Notes under the pieces: generated by a model
Databases searched by the model: none
What the model was told of the DNA's origin: nothing
The model's input: the letters and a program-made list of their open reading frames with translations, nothing else
Made by a program: the position numbers and the translations under genes
Shown: positions 1-9,137 of the stretch, in pieces
How positions within the stretch are numbered: the first letter of the stretch is position 1
How the letters are laid out: every line of letters starts with the position of its first letter
Origin: Candidatus Micrarchaeota archaeon
GTDB lineage: Archaea > Micrarchaeota > Micrarchaeia > Norongarragalinales > SBBD01
DNA length: 64,000 nt
Reading direction: 5' to 3'
NCBI GenBank assembly: GCA_018819225.1
Contig: JAHJQN010000003.1
Span: 96,001-160,000, forward strand

Positions 1-2171
1 GTGTTGATGAGTTCCTGCGTGTTGCCGTTCACGAAACCGTGAGCCGTCTGTTGATCGAAATCCGGATGCACATTACCGGGATCGAGCACCGTCTTGCTCT
101 CCCCGAAGAACACGATCCAATGCCCGTAATCCCACCAGGAAATCACGCGGTCATTATCCGAAAGATGGTCTTTCATCCAGTCCAACGATTCCATCCAATC
201 CGGAGAAATGCGCGAGTATTGCAAGCCGTTGGAAGCGGCATTCGCGATCGGAAGCTGCATGTTGAAGAGGATAAGACCCGTGAGCAACACGATGACGGTC
301 ATCGCGCCCCGCAAATACTTCGACTCCATGAGCTGATAGTTATCGTTCAAGGTCTCGAACGTGCGCTTGAGTTCTCCGAGAATGAACGGGATGGCAAATC
401 CGAGCGCCACCGCCAAATGGACCAAGAACTTCACGCGGTTCAATCCAATGTACGCGACCGGGAAGAAAATGAGAATCGTCAGCAACGCCAATCGATCCCG
501 CTTCTCGGAATAGGCGTACAATAGAATCATGGATCCCAAGCTCACGATGAGAAAGATGAATACGTCGCTCGAAGTCAGGAAACCAATCAACGTCGCCAAT
601 GCCGGAAGCGAGGAGCCCACCGCGTTAGCAAGAACCGTAAGGAGCGAGTCCAGAAACGAGTTGAAGAAAATTAAAAACAAGGCCACAATCAAGAACGTGG
701 CCGCATACTGCTTCTCCACGCGCCTCCATATGACGACGAAAGCGGATAACACCGCCATGAGCGTGGCCATCAACAAGACTTGCTCCGGATTGAATTCACC
801 GAATGCGGAACGGTAAAAGCCCGGATTCGTGGCCGCTCCTTCCTGAACCGTTTTATAGAGCGCATTGGAAACCGTGGCATAACCGAGCGAGGAATTCGCG
901 ATGCCGATGAACTTGGAGCCCAACGGACTGATAAAAAGAACGAGACTTCCGAGAATGAGAACAAGCGCCATGAGCTTGGGAGACGACAATTTCAAGCGTT
1001 CGCCCACGCGGAAATGCGCGAGAGCGTAAAGGAATAAAGCGAAAACCGCGGAAAGCACGACCAACTGGGTTCCGCTCGTGATAAACTCAATAGAGACCGG
1101 CGCTACGCGGTAAAACGCGAGAAGAATATTTCCGAACAACGCGCCTCCTCCGAACAACAAGTAGATTTCCGTATACGTTTTGTCCATTTCGTGCGACAGA
1201 AAATCGACCATAGCCTGCAATGCAATGTAAGCGGCCAAGACCGTGAACGGCCAGATGTGGTGAGCCGAACCCGTCACGGAAAGGAAAGCCACCAAGCCGG
1301 CAATCAAACCTAAGCGCACGCTCTTGCGGCCCAACGCCAGACCAAAGAAAATCAGAGCGGCAACGGAAATGAAGATTCCGAACGGCGCTTGCTCGGACAC
1401 GCCGGCCGCGAACTTGGAGACGAGTTGCGGCATCACCGTCAGAAGAGCCGCACCCGTTAAACCCACGTACGGGCCGTATTCCTCCTTTAAGTAAAGGAAC
1501 GCCAACCACACCAGGAAAACCGCTACGAGCGGCGGATAGAGCTGAATAATGAGAATCATATCCGTCTTGTCGAACAACGAACCTGAAAAATCTTGATGCA
1601 ACAAGAACCAGCCCCCCGTCAGATAATGGATGACGGGAAATTCGCGGTGGCTCTTCATTTCCGGGAAGTACGAGAGATCGGATTCCACGGGAATCTGACC
1701 CGTTTCCACGAGCATGCGCGTCAATTGATCGTAATAATACGGATCGAACTCGAAGAAGTTGGGTGCCCACGACGTGTTCACGCGGAGCCAAAATCCGTAC
1801 ACGGCAATCAAAAGAAGCACCGCGAACACGGCTTTCAAACGCCAGTCATGCTTGACGTTTGACCAGTGGTTAAACGCGTCCTTCAATTCGCCGGGAATCC
1901 GGCCGATCTGATGGTTTCGGAACATCAACGCGATGCCCGCAATGAACACCAACAGGATGTTGAAGAGCACGACCCCGGTATTGAACCGAAGCCCCAGGAA
2001 CTGGAACTCGAGAATGGCCAGGGTAGGCGGAAGCAGAATGCCGAGAACGACGCCGATCAACGTTTTTTCCAAACGGGAGAACGTAATACGGTGCAATAAC
2101 GCGAAGCCGAAAATAATGCCCGGAATAGCGAACAACAGAAAGATGAACAGCAATAGAAACGGCTCGATCAT
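1..2171 (-). CDS. aglB: Oligosaccharyltransferase AglB/STT3 (C-terminus runs off the window edge)
   Basis: Absent from the ORF track because there is no stop in the window. Manual translation from ATG 2171 gives a polytopic membrane protein with EFDPYYY, KTVQE and RVISWWDYGHWI..TVLDPGN motifs. Confidence 0.93.
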   Translation of the reverse strand, partial: MIEPFLLLFIFLLFAIPGIIFGFALLHRITFSRLEKTLIGVVLGILLPPTLAILEFQFLGLRFNTGVVLFNILLVFIAGIALMFRNHQIGRIPGELKDAFNHWSNVKHDWRLKAVFAVLLLIAVYGFWLRVNTSWAPNFFEFDPYYYDQLTRMLVETGQIPVESDLSYFPEMKSHREFPVIHYLTGGWFLLHQDFSGSLFDKTDMILIIQLYPPLVAVFLVWLAFLYLKEEYGPYVGLTGAALLTVMPQLVSKFAAGVSEQAPFGIFISVAALIFFGLALGRKSVRLGLIAGLVAFLSVTGSAHHIWPFTVLAAYIALQAMVDFLSHEMDKTYTEIYLLFGGGALFGNILLAFYRVAPVSIEFITSGTQLVVLSAVFALFLYALAHFRVGERLKLSSPKLMALVLILGSLVLFISPLGSKFIGIANSSLGYATVSNALYKTVQEGAATNPGFYRSAFGEFNPEQVLLMATLMAVLSAFVVIWRRVEKQYAATFLIVALFLIFFNSFLDSLLTVLANAVGSSLPALATLIGFLTSSDVFIFLIVSLGSMILLYAYSEKRDRLALLTILIFFPVAYIGLNRVKFLVHLAVALGFAIPFILGELKRTFETLNDNYQLMESKYLRGAMTVIVLLTGLILFNMQLPIANAASNGLQYSRISPDWMESLDWMKDHLSDNDRVISWWDYGHWIVFFGESKTVLDPGNVHPDFDQQTAHGFVNGNTQELIN

Positions 2172-2228
2172 ATGAATAAAGTCCCCTCTAACGCGTCAGG
2201 AAAAAATTACGCGGACTAGGTTTATAAA

Positions 2229-3497
2229 TCAAGCGCCCGCTCGACGGAAAGCTTGCGGACGCAGGCTATACCAGATGCGAATCGAAACCGCGGTCAAAAG
2301 CGTAAACGAGGAAAGCACGACAGCCAACGCGGCGCCTTGAAGATGCAGGACGGGAACCAAAAGGTTCAAGAGAAGGGCATGCAAGCCAATGCCCGCGATC
2401 AGCAAGAGGAACGGAAACCGTTCCTGACGCTGCGACCACATGATGTTCAACAAAATCGTAAAAATGGCGAAAAAGAACGTGCCGATGGCCAGCAAGGTCA
2501 ACACCGGAGCGGCCCCGGCGTATTCATCGGGATAAAAGAAGGAGATCAAGGGCCCGGAAAACAACACGAAGGCCACGAGCACCGGCAGCAAGAAAGCGGA
2601 CGACTTCCAGATCAGTTGCTTCAAAGCGGCCGGATCCTTCGCATAAGAGAGCTTCGAAGATTTCGGGAATACGACGAGCACGATGCCCGCCGCCAAGTAG
2701 AACAATACTTTCGAAGTGACTTCCGCCACATTGTAAATGCCGGCAGACACGCTCCCCAAATAGTACTTGACGAAGAAGAGCGCCAAGTACATGAACGCGG
2801 AAATCATAAAGCTCGTCAACATCAAAATGAAAAAGGATTTCTTGAGGCTAATCGTGTACGGAGTCGTACCCTTAAGACGAAAGCGAAAGAACGCCGCCAG
2901 CACGAGCACCACCACCAAATACCCTGCCGGAAACGAAGCCGCGGCTCCCAAGAGCCCGAAACCCATGAACACGAGCAAGACCGCCGACGCGAGCTTGAAG
3001 AACTCGCGCGCCACGCCAATGGCCATGAGTACCACAATGTTTTCCTTGGACTGGAAGTAGCTGGAAGCCATGTTCATGAAATACGCGGCGGGAATCCCCA
3101 GCGAGATAATCGCAGCCGCCCATTGAAGTTCACGGCTGTTGTACACGAAAAGTGCGGCCAACGAAATAACGATAATCAAGAGCGCACTGAGCAACGTGAC
3201 GTTTTTCAAGTACTTAAACAAGACGAAGTGCATTTTCTTGAACTGGCGCTTGGCCTCCAATTTCGAGAGCTCGCGCGTCAACACCGCGGAAATACTGGCC
3301 GCGGGAACACTGGCCACCGCAAACAAACCGATGAGCACGCTCAAATCCCCGTATTGGCTTTGAAGCAGCATGCGCGTCATGACGAAATGGAACAAATACG
3401 CAAGAAACAAGTTGGCCAAGGTTCCCGACGTAGCGATGAGATTGCTTCGAAACAATGGACGATCGCGCAAGATGCTGCGCACGCTCTCCAAATACAT
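2229..3497 (-). CDS. Oligosaccharide flippase (Wzx/MOP family)
   Basis: 422 aa, ~12 hydrophobic segments, MOP-type patterns (TRML..SQYGDLS; LGSVSAGIYN); lies between a GT2 and aglB. Confidence 0.85.
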   Translation of the reverse strand: MYLESVRSILRDRPLFRSNLIATSGTLANLFLAYLFHFVMTRMLLQSQYGDLSVLIGLFAVASVPAASISAVLTRELSKLEAKRQFKKMHFVLFKYLKNVTLLSALLIIVISLAALFVYNSRELQWAAAIISLGIPAAYFMNMASSYFQSKENIVVLMAIGVAREFFKLASAVLLVFMGFGLLGAAASFPAGYLVVVLVLAAFFRFRLKGTTPYTISLKKSFFILMLTSFMISAFMYLALFFVKYYLGSVSAGIYNVAEVTSKVLFYLAAGIVLVVFPKSSKLSYAKDPAALKQLIWKSSAFLLPVLVAFVLFSGPLISFFYPDEYAGAAPVLTLLAIGTFFFAIFTILLNIMWSQRQERFPFLLLIAGIGLHALLLNLLVPVLHLQGAALAVVLSSFTLLTAVSIRIWYSLRPQAFRRAGA

Positions 3498-3510
3498 TCG
3501 TGCAATACCC

Positions 3511-4425
3511 CTACCGTTTCTTGCGGAGAAGATTCTCGAGTCGCTGATTGTTCTTGAGGCTCATGTCCGCCAACATGCCGATCGCCCAGATTTGAATGGC
3601 GAGCAAGAACGAGAACGCCGCCAAGATCGTGGACGGAACGTGCTGAACGCTCCCAAAAACGATCTTCTCGTAAACCACGAGAGACGCGGGCCATAACCCG
3701 AACAAGAAGAACAGGAAACCCAGGATGCCGAAAAAGTATAAGGGCTTCGTATCGCGGATCATGAGAATCAAGGTCTTGAAGATGCGCAATCCGTCGTGAA
3801 TCGGATTCAGTTTCGTCTGGCCCTTCCGCTTCTTGTAAAACAAGGGAAACTCATGAATCCGCAAGTTATTTCGAAGCGCTTCAATCGTGATCTCGGTCTC
3901 GACTTCAAACGCCTGGGAGACGAGATTCAACTCGTCCAGCTTCTTTCGGGATAACGCACGATAGCCCGTCAACATGTCCGTAATGTTCTTTCCATAAAAG
4001 AAGCGGATCAACGCATTGAACGCGATGTTGCCCAGCGTGTTGAACGGCGTGATACTGGCGGAATCGCGTTGCGCCAGGCGCGTCGCCACCGTCATATCCG
4101 TTTTCCCGTCCATCAACGGCTCGACGAGTTTCGGAAGCTCTACCGATTGATAGGTGCCATCCCCGTCAATGAACACCACGTAATCGCATGAAATCTGTTC
4201 CAACGCCTCTTGAATCGCCGCCCCCTTCCCCCTTGTTTTTTGAATGAGAACCGTAGCACCCGCTTGCTTCGCTCGCGAAACCGTCCGATCCTTCGAGCGG
4301 CCGTCTATGACGACCGGCGTCACCTTTAGGTTGCGGACGCGCTTCGGAAGCGTCTTCACGACATCGAAAATAGCGTCTTCCTCGTTAAGGGTAGGAATGA
4401 GTACGCAAATATCGGTACGGATCAT
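3511..4425 (-). CDS. GT2 polyprenol-phosphate glycosyltransferase (DPM1/AglJ/ArnC-like) with 2 C-terminal TM helices
   Basis: VLIPTLNEE, IDGRSKD, GKGAA, FIDGDGTY, DMLTGYR and FEVETEI motifs. Start moved to ATG 4425. Confidence 0.9.
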   Translation of the reverse strand: MIRTDICVLIPTLNEEDAIFDVVKTLPKRVRNLKVTPVVIDGRSKDRTVSRAKQAGATVLIQKTRGKGAAIQEALEQISCDYVVFIDGDGTYQSVELPKLVEPLMDGKTDMTVATRLAQRDSASITPFNTLGNIAFNALIRFFYGKNITDMLTGYRALSRKKLDELNLVSQAFEVETEITIEALRNNLRIHEFPLFYKKRKGQTKLNPIHDGLRIFKTLILMIRDTKPLYFFGILGFLFFLFGLWPASLVVYEKIVFGSVQHVPSTILAAFSFLLAIQIWAIGMLADMSLKNNQRLENLLRKKR

Positions 4426-4521
4426 GCGGGTAACCCCCTCGTCAAACAATATCCCTCGAACCCTATTAAAAGCATTGTCCTTTGAAGTATTGTTAACGAC
4501 CGAAACAAAGGAGGGGAAACC

Positions 4522-5361
4522 GTGTTCGCCTTACGAATCGACATCGACAGCCGGTACGGGCTACGCAACGGCGTACCCCCTCTACTTGACATCCTTCGAA
4601 AACACGACATCCCAGCGGCATTCTGCGTCGTCATGGGAGGCGAATCCGGCGTGATCGACGTACTGAAACACCGCGGAGGAAAAGCCGGCCTCGGAGGCGG
4701 CGTCAGCATCCCGAAAAAAGAGATCGTGCGCATGCTCCTCCGGCCGAAAAACTTCGCGGAAGAAAACGTGGAACTCCTCCAACGCATTCCAAAAGAAGGG
4801 CATACGCTGGGCGTGCATGCCTGGAAACACCGCGCCTGGACACGATCGCTGGATACGATTCCCGTGAAAGAACACATGCGAATGGCTACCGAAAAGTACC
4901 GGGGGTTGTTCGGAAAAAAACCCGCGCATTTCGTATCCCCGGGATTCCGCGTGAATCGCCAAGTACTCGAAGGACTCGACGAACTGGGCTATGCATATGC
5001 CAGCGACCTGCCTGAAGAGATCCCGTTCCGTCCCGAAGCGCACGGACACGTGTTCCAACACGTGCAAGTACCCGTTACCCTGAAAGCCGACGATACCAGC
5101 CCCTTGTTCGAATACTACTCGAAGAAAGGATGGCGGAACGAAAAAGTCGTGCACCGGATCCTCATGCAAGTACTCGAACGCGACAAGAAAAACGAGCTCG
5201 CAACCGTTTATCTTCACGACGTATTCGAGGGAACGGTTAAGCCGCAGATCGTCGACCAATTCCTGCGCGGCATCAAAAAAGAAGGGGTTCGCGTCACGAC
5301 ATTTGAAAAACTCGCTCGCGAAGGAAAAAAGCATGTGCGGCGAGTGCTCAACGATAATTGA
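4522..5361 (+). CDS. ArnD-like deformylase/deacetylase (NodB/CE4 fold)
   Basis: LRIDIDS..G...GVP.LL..L, GVHAWKH..W and YASD motifs resemble ArnD. Confidence 0.8.
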   Translation: MFALRIDIDSRYGLRNGVPPLLDILRKHDIPAAFCVVMGGESGVIDVLKHRGGKAGLGGGVSIPKKEIVRMLLRPKNFAEENVELLQRIPKEGHTLGVHAWKHRAWTRSLDTIPVKEHMRMATEKYRGLFGKKPAHFVSPGFRVNRQVLEGLDELGYAYASDLPEEIPFRPEAHGHVFQHVQVPVTLKADDTSPLFEYYSKKGWRNEKVVHRILMQVLERDKKNELATVYLHDVFEGTVKPQIVDQFLRGIKKEGVRVTTFEKLAREGKKHVRRVLNDN

Positions 5362-5372
5362 AGTGAAGCACG

Positions 5373-6497
5373 ATGTTCATCACCGGGATAGGAAAAACAA
5401 AATTCGGGGTTTCGGAAAGCCCCCTCCATGAAATGGCTTACGAGGCGGCCGCGCAAGCTCTTCACGATGCGGACATGACGCCGAAAGACCTTCAAGCCGT
5501 ATACGTTTCCAATTTCGTAGGGGGCCCGGATGCGCGTCAATTGCACTTGAATGCCGTACTCGTCAGTCTCCTTCAATGCGAGGGAATCCCCGCGTTCCGA
5601 ACCGAAGCCGCATGTGCCGCGGGAGGCAGCGCGGTCTTTCAAGCGATTCGCAGCCCGTACGATAATATTCTCGTCGTAGGCGCGGAGAAAATGACGACCA
5701 CGAGCGCGAAACAAAACAGCATGCATATCGGTTTTGCCGGCGACCGCTTGCTCGATCAAAAAGAAGGCCTCATTTTCCCGGCGAGTTACGCGCTCATCGC
5801 CCAACAACATATGATGACGTACGGAACGACCTTGGACGATCTGGCCGCCGTTTCCCTCAAGAATCACGTAAACTCGCAAAGGAATCCGCTCGCTCATTTT
5901 GCGCACAAGAAAGTGACGCTGGAAGACATTCGGAAATCTCCGATCGTGTGTTCGCCACTGCGTTTGTTTGACTGCTCGCCCATTTCCGATGGAGCGGCTG
6001 CCGTCGTACTCACGAAAAAGAAAAAAGGGAACAGCATTTCCATCGCGGCCTCCGCCATGGCCACCGATTCCATTTCCCTCGTTCAGCGAAAGAACTTGAC
6101 CTCTTTTCAAGCCACGAAACGGGCCAGTGAAAACGCCTATAAAGAAGCGGGGGTTCAAGCGAAAGACTTGGATGTGATGGAAGTGCACGATTGCTTCACG
6201 ATCGCGGAACTCGTGGCCATGGAGGATCTCGGGGTATGCGCTCCCGGAGAAAGCGGGAAATGGGTGCGCGAAGGAAAAACCGCGTTGAACGGCGAGCTAC
6301 CCATCAACCCGGATGGCGGATTGAAAGCGGATGGGCATCCCATCGGCGCCACGGGCATTGCCCAACTCGTCGAGTTGGCCGCCCAGTTGCGGGGGGAAGC
6401 CGGAAAACGGCAAGTGAAAAACGCGGAAACGGGTTTGGCACAAAACGTGGGCGGCGTCGGCGGAACCGCGGCGGTCCACATACTGAAAAAGGGATGA
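5373..6497 (+). CDS. Archaeal-type thiolase (acetyl-CoA C-acetyltransferase)
   Basis: EAACAAGG (catalytic Cys), GAEKM, DCSPISDGAAA, EVHDCFT, GHPIGATG, QNVGG. Confidence 0.93.
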   Translation: MFITGIGKTKFGVSESPLHEMAYEAAAQALHDADMTPKDLQAVYVSNFVGGPDARQLHLNAVLVSLLQCEGIPAFRTEAACAAGGSAVFQAIRSPYDNILVVGAEKMTTTSAKQNSMHIGFAGDRLLDQKEGLIFPASYALIAQQHMMTYGTTLDDLAAVSLKNHVNSQRNPLAHFAHKKVTLEDIRKSPIVCSPLRLFDCSPISDGAAAVVLTKKKKGNSISIAASAMATDSISLVQRKNLTSFQATKRASENAYKEAGVQAKDLDVMEVHDCFTIAELVAMEDLGVCAPGESGKWVREGKTALNGELPINPDGGLKADGHPIGATGIAQLVELAAQLRGEAGKRQVKNAETGLAQNVGGVGGTAAVHILKKG

Positions 6498-7591
6498 CCA
6501 TGTGGACATGCATACCCTGCAAACGATTCTGGCACTACCCCCTCAAGAGGTGCGCGTACTGCGGAAAGGATCTCGCGGAAGAGTCCGCGAAAACACTCAC
6601 GGTCATCGGCGTTACGGAAGTGTTGGTGCCGTCCGTCGAGCACCCGGACGTCCCGTATTTTGTTTTGTTACTCGAGGACGAAAAGGGTTTCCGGCATTTG
6701 CGGAAGAGCATGGACCCGCAAAAAGTGGGGGACGTGCTCGACGTCAAGCCAGCGACCAACGCATTCGCCCGGATCGGCATTATCGGGACCGGGGCCATGG
6801 CGTCCGGCATCGCGATGTCTTGCTTGAAAGCCGGCATGCCCGTCATCGTGAAAAGCCGGAAGCAGGAAACGCTGAATCGATTCCAGGAGAACATTGCGCT
6901 GAAACTGAAAAAAAATCTTTCCGAGGAAGCGGTGAACGAAACCCTTACGCGGCTGGAACTCACCACCGATTACGCGAAACTGAAAAACTGCGACATCGTC
7001 ATCGAGAACGTGATCGAGAAATTGGATGCAAAGCAAGACGTGTTTGAGGCGTTGGAAAAACATTGCGGCCCCAACACCATTTTGGCCACGAATACCTCTT
7101 CGTTGCTCGTCTCCAGCTTGGCTCCGCTCGTGAAAAAACCGGAGCGCGTCATCGGACTGCACTTCTTCAATCCGGTCGAGAAGATGCGTCTCGCCGAAGT
7201 GATTGCCGGAGAGAATACCTCGATGGAAACCGTCCGGAAAACGCGGGAGATCGCGGAAGCCATGGGAAAAACCGCCGTGCAAGTGAAGGACGCGCCGGGA
7301 TTCATCGTCAACCGCGTGCTCTTCCCGTTCCTGAACGAGGCGGTGCTGCTCTTGGAGAACGAGACCGCGAATGCAGAAGACATTGATGCCGCCGTCAAAA
7401 TGGGCTTGAATCATCCCATGGGCCCGTTGGCGCTCATTGATCTCATCGGAGTCGACGTGTTCGTTGAAATCATGGACAACCTGAAAGAAGAGACGAAAGA
7501 ACAGAAGTTCGAGGTTGCTTCCCTCGCGAGAAAGATGGTTAAGGAAGGAAAGCTCGGCAGGAAAACCAGGCAAGGATTCTACGCGTATTGA
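6494..7591 (+). CDS. Fusion of DUF35 (Zn-ribbon + OB-fold) and 3-hydroxyacyl/3-hydroxybutyryl-CoA dehydrogenase
   Basis: ATG 6494 overlaps the thiolase stop (ATGA). N-terminus has CIPC..YP..RCAYC plus an OB-like segment; then GTGAMASGIA, NTSSL, GLHFFNP, PGFIVNR, HPMGP, GKLGRKT. Confidence 0.9.
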   Translation: MTMWTCIPCKRFWHYPLKRCAYCGKDLAEESAKTLTVIGVTEVLVPSVEHPDVPYFVLLLEDEKGFRHLRKSMDPQKVGDVLDVKPATNAFARIGIIGTGAMASGIAMSCLKAGMPVIVKSRKQETLNRFQENIALKLKKNLSEEAVNETLTRLELTTDYAKLKNCDIVIENVIEKLDAKQDVFEALEKHCGPNTILATNTSSLLVSSLAPLVKKPERVIGLHFFNPVEKMRLAEVIAGENTSMETVRKTREIAEAMGKTAVQVKDAPGFIVNRVLFPFLNEAVLLLENETANAEDIDAAVKMGLNHPMGPLALIDLIGVDVFVEIMDNLKEETKEQKFEVASLARKMVKEGKLGRKTRQGFYAY

Positions 7592-7608
7592 ATAAACCGG
7601 GGAGGCAT

Positions 7609-9087
7609 ATGGATTTCGATCTCCGTCAAGTCCAGGAATTCGGAAAAAAGGGATGGTACAACAAGCACTATTCCGGTCTGCCGATTACGCTTTCATCGAT
7701 CGCTAAAGGAATTGCCACTCCCCTTGAGGATGTCGGATGGAGCATGCGCTTTTCCGCGTGGTTTTTCCGCGAGAACATGTTCAACTTCTACTGGGGGCAG
7801 GAGGACATGGAGCGCGTCCGTCAATACGTGCTCGAACACAACGACGCGAATAGTAAATTCGCTGTCGAAATCATCCAACGGTGGGAGCGGCAGGCAAAAA
7901 AAGTCCATGAAAAAGTGCAAAAACTGGAAAGAAGGCCACTGGAAACGCTTTCCGATGAGCAATTCATTCACGAAACAAGTCAGTTGAATGAAATGCATGC
8001 TGTGGCGAGTTACCTGCCGCACATCGCGGACAGCTTCCTCGAAACGGGTGAAACCTCTTGGGCCCATGCAGCGCTCGAAAAGGACCTGACCGGCGTTCCG
8101 CCAACAGAAAGGGGAACGACGATCGAGGCGTTATGCCGGCCCACGGAGCTGACGTTCGTAAGACAAGAATATGCGGAACTCGTGGACGTGGCACGGAAAC
8201 GAGAAGACGGATCGCAAGAGGAATTCGAAGCGGCGTTGGAGGCGCATGCGCACAAATGGCAGTGGATCGAAAACAATTACCGGAAGGGATCGCATTTGAA
8301 CACCGCGTATTTCCAGGACAAATTGAATCGATTGACAACAAAGGAGTTGGCGGGCGGCACGGAAGTGGAACGAAAACGCCTCCATCGAGTGAAAGAGAAA
8401 AAAGCGGAGATCCTAGAACGGAACGGGAAAAGGGCGCAAAACCTCATTTTCCTGTTGGAGCGATTCGGGGTTTGGCAGGACGCGCGAAAGAAAATGAACC
8501 TGCATGCGACGCAGGCATGGTTCCGAATCCGCGATGAACTGGTGAGACGGACTGCGCTTTCTGAAGATGAAGCCAATTATTTATGCGGGGACGAAGTGGA
8601 AAAGGCGTTGAACGGGACCATCGAAAAAGAAACGCTTGCTGGCAGGAAAACGCATGGATTGGCATTGATGGGACTTTCCGAAAAATTGCTGAAATGGACG
8701 GGAAATGAGATGCGCCGAGCGGAATCGCTGTTTGAAACCGTGGAAACTGAAACCGATGAAATCAAGGGGGTTATAGCATCGAAAGGCTTTGCGAAAGGAC
8801 GGGCGGTACTATTACTCAATCTTCATGCGATGGCCCGCGTAAAACAAGGAGACGTCATCGTTTCGAATCAAACGACTCCCGAGTACGTCCCAGCGCTTAA
8901 GAAAGCAGCGGCTATTGTGACGGATCAAGGCGGGCTGACGTGCCACGCGGCTATCATCTCCAGGGAATTGGGAATTCCTGCGGTCATCGGCACCCGGATC
9001 GCATCACGCGTGTTCCATGAAGGAGATGTGTTAGAAGTGGATGCCGTGCACGGTGTGGTGAGGCGGATTCGGAACCCGACGAATTAG
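7609..9087 (+). CDS. Large N-terminal domain + C-terminal PEP-utilizer mobile (phospho-His swivel) domain protein, copy 1
   Basis: C-terminal TTPEYVP..AAAIVTDQGGLTCHAAIISRELGIPAVIGT. GGAGG just upstream of ATG 7609. No ATP-grasp or TIM-barrel domain recognised. Confidence 0.85.
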   Translation: MDFDLRQVQEFGKKGWYNKHYSGLPITLSSIAKGIATPLEDVGWSMRFSAWFFRENMFNFYWGQEDMERVRQYVLEHNDANSKFAVEIIQRWERQAKKVHEKVQKLERRPLETLSDEQFIHETSQLNEMHAVASYLPHIADSFLETGETSWAHAALEKDLTGVPPTERGTTIEALCRPTELTFVRQEYAELVDVARKREDGSQEEFEAALEAHAHKWQWIENNYRKGSHLNTAYFQDKLNRLTTKELAGGTEVERKRLHRVKEKKAEILERNGKRAQNLIFLLERFGVWQDARKKMNLHATQAWFRIRDELVRRTALSEDEANYLCGDEVEKALNGTIEKETLAGRKTHGLALMGLSEKLLKWTGNEMRRAESLFETVETETDEIKGVIASKGFAKGRAVLLLNLHAMARVKQGDVIVSNQTTPEYVPALKKAAAIVTDQGGLTCHAAIISRELGIPAVIGTRIASRVFHEGDVLEVDAVHGVVRRIRNPTN

Positions 9088-9137
9088 GCGGGATCAAGCA
9101 AGCATACGTTTTTATTTTACGGACGAATACTACGCGC

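Noticed and set aside
39-2175. Many short ORF-track entries over the first 2.2 kb
   Set aside because: They are shadows of aglB, which occupies the minus strand from 2171 to the window edge.
2253-3557. 434-aa plus-strand ORF, and similar long antisense ORFs elsewhere
   Set aside because: Antisense mirror of the flippase; no motifs, and composition typical of the reverse frame of a hydrophobic gene.
7609-9087. Calling the swivel-domain proteins PEP synthase, PPDK or PTS enzyme I
   Set aside because: Only the ~100-aa His domain matches; the ATP-grasp and PEP/pyruvate-binding domains are absent.
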